Positions 59,450-64,000 of a stretch of DNA of 64,000 bases are shown here, one piece after another. A program made the translations under genes and the position numbers. Within the stretch, counting starts at the first letter, position 1. Each line of letters opens with the position of its first letter. Under the pieces are notes generated by a model that searched no databases, was not told the DNA's origin, and worked only from the letters and a program-made list of their open reading frames with translations. The DNA is from Macrostomum lignano (taxonomy: Eukaryota), in assembly GCA_002269645.1 (NCBI GenBank), contig NIVC01002205.1, positions 124,001-188,000 on the forward strand, in the 5' to 3' direction.

Positions 59450-61646
59450 GTAGGGTATTAGCTCGCAATGTATGATCGTGTCAATTGTGTCAGTAGCTGT
59501 AGGGTATTAGCTCGCAATGTATGATCGTGTCAATTGTGTCAGTAGCTGTAGGGTATTAGCTCGCAATGTATGATCGTGTCAATTGTGTCAGTAGCTGTAG
59601 GGTATTAGCTCGCAATGTATGATCGTGTCAATTGTGTCAGTAGCTGTAGGGTATTAGCTCGCAATGTATGATCGTGTCAATTGTGTCAGTAGCTGTAGGG
59701 TATTAGCTCGCAATGTATGATCGTGTCAATTGTGTCAGTAGCTGTAGGGTATTAGCTCGCAATGTATGATCGTGTCAATTGTGTCAGTAGCTGTAGGGTA
59801 TTAGCTCGCAATGTATGATCGTGTCAATTGTGTCAGTAGCTGTAGGGTATTAGCTCGCAATGTATGATCGTGTCAATTGTGTCAGTAGCTGTAGGGTATT
59901 AGCTCGCAATGTATGATCGTGTCAATTGTGTCAGTAGCTGTAGGGTATTAGCTCGCAATGTATGATCGTGTCAATTGTGTCAGTAGCTGTAGGGTATTAG
60001 CTCGCAATGTATGATCGTGTCAATTGTGTCAGTAGCTGTAGGGTATTAGCTCGCAATGTATGATCGTGTCAATTGTGTCAGTAGCTGTAGGGTATTAGCT
60101 CGCAATGTATGATCGTGTCAATTGTGTCAGTAGCTGTAGGGTATTAGCTCGCAATGTATGATCGTGTCAATTGTGTCAGTAGCTGTAGGGTATTAGCTCG
60201 CAATGTATGATCGTGTCAATTGTGTCAGTAGCTGTAGGGTATTAGCTCGCAATGTATGATCGTGTCAATTGTGTCAGTAGCTGTAGGGTATTAGCTCGCA
60301 ATGTATGATCGTGTCAATTGTGTCAGTAGCTGTAGGGTATTAGCTCGCAATGTATGATCGTGTCAATTGTGTCAGTAGCTGTAGGGTATTAGCTCGCAAT
60401 GTATGATCGTGTCAATTGTGTCAGTAGCTGTAGGGTATTAGCTCGCAATGTATGATCGTGTCAATTGTGTCAGTAGCTGTAGGGTATTAGCTCGCAATGT
60501 ATGATCGTGTCAATTGTGTCAGTAGCTGTAGGGTATTAGCTCGCAATGTATGATCGTGTCAATTGTGTCAGTAGCTGTAGGGTATTAGCTCGCAATGTAT
60601 GATCGTGTCAATTGTGTCAGTAGCTGTAGGGTATTAGCTCGCAATGTATGATCGTGTCAATTGTGTCAGTAGCTGTAGGGTATTAGCTCGCAATGTATGA
60701 TCGTGTCAATTGTGTCAGTAGCTGTAGGTATTAGCTCGCAATGTATGATCGTGTCAATTGTGTCAGTAGCTGTAGGGTATTAGCTCGCAATGTATGATCG
60801 TGTCAATTGTGTCAGTAGCTGTAGGGTATTAGCTCGCAATGTATGATCGTGTCAATTGTGTCAGTAGCTGTAGGGTATTAGCTCGCAATGTATGATCGTG
60901 TCAATTGTGTCAGTAGCTGTAGGGTATTAGCTCGCAATGTATGATCGTGTCAATTGTGTCAGTAGCTGTAGGGTATTAGCTCGCAATGTATGATCGTGTC
61001 AATTGTGTCAGTAGCTGTAGGGTATTAGCTCGCAATGTATGATCGTGTCAATTGTGTCAGTAGCTGTAGGGTATTAGCTCGCAATGTATGATCGTGTCAA
61101 TTGTGTCAGTAGCTGTAGGGTATTAGCTCGCAATGTATGATCGTGTCAATTGTGTCAGTAGCTGTAGGGTATTAGCTCGCAATGTATGATCGTGTCAATT
61201 GTGTCAGTAGCTGTAGGGTATTCGCTCGCAATGTATGATCGTGTCAATTGTGTCAGTAGCTGTAGGGTATTCGCTCGCAATGTATGATCGTGTCAATTGT
61301 GTCAGTAGCTGTAGGGTATTCGCTCGCAATGTGATCGTGTCAATTGTGTCAGTAGCTGTAGGGTATTCGCTCGCAATGTATGATCGTGCAATTGTGTCAG
61401 TAGCTGTAGGGTATTAGCTCGCAATGTATGATCGTGTCAATTGTGTCAGTAGCTGTAGGGTATTAGCTCGCAATGTATGATCGTGTCAATTGTGTCAGTA
61501 GCTGTAGGGTATTAGCTCGCAATGTATGATCGTGTCAATTGTGTCAGTAGCTGTAGGGTATTAGCTCGCAATGTATGATCGTGTCAATTGTGTCAGTAGC
61601 TGTAGGGTATTAGCTCGCAATGTATGATCGTGTCAATTGTGTCAGT
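59450..61646. repeat. Highly homogeneous 49-bp intronic minisatellite (~45 copies)
   Basis: gtagggtattagctcgcaatgtatgatcgtgtcaattgtgtcagtagct. Confidence 0.97.
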
Positions 61647-61647
61647 A

Positions 61648-64000
61648 CACTGTAATTCCTAAAGGTCCGAAGAAGGGTCCGGGAAAGGTCCATTGTGGAG
61701 GGTCCGGAGCGTCGAAATAACGGACCATGAAAGGTCCGTATTTTGATGGGTCCGTATTGTAAAGTCCGTATTGCAAGGTCCGTATTTTGAAAGGTCCGTA
61801 TTTTGAAAGGTCCCTATTGCAAAGTCCATATTTTTCAGATGTCCGCATTATGGGTCCGAAATATAAAAACGATTACACCCCAAAATGTATTCACTTGATC
61901 TGCAAGACACAAAATACCCACTATTATAGGTATGAATTTTATGAATTTCCTTACCTGTAAAATTGTTCCCAATTACATTATGTGAGGCATACAATGTTGT
62001 CAGTCATTGCGCTCAATTTAAGAAAAGTAAGAAGTGAAGCATTCGTAATCAACAATTGCATGTTTATGAAGGATGTTAACCAATTTAAAGTATTTTTTAT
62101 GGTATATAAAGATTGATCCTAAAATATTTATTGTTGTAGTACAAAAACAGTGGTAATAATAATATTTAGTAATTATTTGTTGCACATTACACATTGCGAA
62201 TAAGTGTTTGCTTTGGTCACTCAAAGAGTGAAGTTGAATATACAGACTAAAAAGCACAAACTAAATACACAGGGCAATAAATAAGCAGCCAACATCGCCG
62301 TGACCCTCTGATGACAGATAACACTCTATGATTATGATTGTGAATATGAAAATAAATATTGTGATTGTGATTAGGCTTGTGATTACGATTAATTCACAGT
62401 CATATTCAATCGTACTAACATGAAAATGAATATAATTATTATAAAAATGAAAATGATTACAATAGTCATGTCTAGGCGTTATAAAATCATCTAACGAAGT
62501 GCATCCAAAATAGCTACTGCAGCCTTGCGGACGGCTTTCTTGCGAAGGCCCGACAGCACTTCGATTACCTCCAGAAACGCCTCTAGGGCAGGGAGGTGCT
62601 GGAGGTTGAACGCGATGAAGACAATTACAAATGCAATTATCGAGTCAGTAACACTGTCGAATGGGATGCTCGCACCGTTGACGAAAACGCCGCACCATTT
62701 TCCATCCTCTGTCAGAATTCTGACTGGCAGTGCGTCGCGAAGAATAATAGACGGGTCGACTCGCAACCGACCGAGAAGAAGAAAGACAGCCACAGGCAGC
62801 TTGTCCTCCTCTGAAACAACTGGCAATTCCACATAATCCTTGCACAGCTTGAAATTTTTTAGCAACTGCCTTTTACTGTACACAAGCAACAAGGCGTTAA
62901 TAATCCTGCTTCTCATTTCCGATGGACTTGGTGGAAGTACATAGTCAGTTTTGCTTCTGTTGTATGTCTGGATCATGAGATACGCCTCCTGCTGCAGTAC
63001 TGCGATGTTTACCAGTGGCGCATTTCGTCACTAACCGTCAAATCTTGGCACCGCAATATTCGAATCGGAAACAGAGCCTGCATTTCGTTGAGAACGTCTG
63101 ATATTGAAGAGTCATGATGAGTCTCGTTCAATCTCGTTCGACGAGCTTCGTGTGACGGTGGTACATCGGTATCGAACTCGCCGAAGTCAACGCTCTTCGC
63201 CATTGCACTGCCAGCATCGTCTGCATCACTATCATCATCGCCTTCTTCTTCGATCAGATCTTCGTCGTCGTTGATACGCTGCTTGTTGGCTCTTTTAGCA
63301 CGTGAAGCTATAATTTCATTGTCGTCATCATCTTCCTGGCCTTCAACTTCCTTGTACTGCCGTTTATGCCTTTGGCTCACAGTAACCGCACTTGGGCCTG
63401 CAGCAGCTGCAGCAGCATTTGGTAGAATTATACGCCGATGACCAAGTCGACCATGCTTCCGTCGCATCTCCTGAACCGTTGGGCTGCTCTTGTCGACAAA
63501 GTCGCCAACGAACCGGAGCTCTTTGAAACGCCGAATAAGCTTTTGGCGCCAAAAGCTTGAGCTCCCACTTAATGAGGTGTCCTTCAGTCCAGGATACGAA
63601 GTTACTATGGAAGTGCACACATCTGTTATCTGGCTAGATGACAGGTATGGTTCATTTGGCGACAGATAGTTCAAACAGATGTGATCGACGATGAATTTAA
63701 GGAACTTGTTGACAAACGTCGCGTTCATTTTTAAATCGGAACCCTTTTCGGGGTGCATTCGTAGATCACGAAGGGCGTTGGCGAGATCGTCCATTCGTGG
63801 AAGCGAGTACACTTCGGGCCATGGAAGTGTAGTTGCAGCCGTAGCTGCTACAGCTGGATTTGGACTCAGAGCCTGTGTGCCTCGACTCGGTGTTGTGGCA
63901 ATCTCGACATTGCGTATTTCGCTTTGCTGCTTTGGTGTAGTTGAAGGTTCTACAGGGCATGCACCGCAGCTTGGAAGCAACTCTCCAGAAAGAAGGAAGT
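61648..64000 (-). mobile_element. CMC/EnSpm-like DNA transposon end, continues beyond the window
   Basis: Terminus ta|cactgtaa, subterminal aaaggtccgtattttg repeats (61660-61860), SAMD3-like ORFs inside. Confidence 0.6.
62491..63980 (-). CDS. SAMD3-like / EnSpm accessory ORF in two frames (63980-63009 and 62976-62491)
   Basis: WPEVYSLP..YLSSSQITDVCTSIVTSYPGLKD..FWRQKLIRRFKELR, and C-terminal FVIVFIAFNLQHLPALEAFLEVIE. Resemblance recalled, not searched. Confidence 0.55.

Overview
Eukaryotic (metazoan) genomic DNA with spliceosomal GT-AG introns, GC-rich Ala/Gln/Pro-rich exons and AT-rich spacers. The style resembles a Macrostomum-type flatworm, but that is inference only. Bases 1-13,000 are a dense transposon graveyard, most of it with readable TIRs and TSDs: a MULE with PHD finger, three copies of a 297-bp MITE, an RTE-like LINE split by a hAT-type MITE, a mariner and a 4-bp-TSD element. 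Six multi-exon host genes follow: PUF60, a 3-domain TXNDC5-like PDI, an NR1J/HR96-like nuclear receptor, PRXL2C/AAED1 (minus strand), an ENPP-fold protein and a partial TPST. Between them lie further MULE, hAT, LINE, Gypsy and EnSpm-like remnants, and roughly 14-15 kb of minisatellite, mostly intronic. Three observations stand out. (1) A TIR/TSD-bounded MITE carries a ~64-nt copy of the conserved 28S rRNA segment that is the R2/I-PpoI target, with the cut site itself scrambled. (2) Intronic minisatellites are tandem amplifications of the real splice junction (10 donors in PUF60, ~43 acceptors in TXNDC5). (3) The ENPP-fold protein has lost most catalytic zinc ligands and has a His/Met-rich N-terminus.
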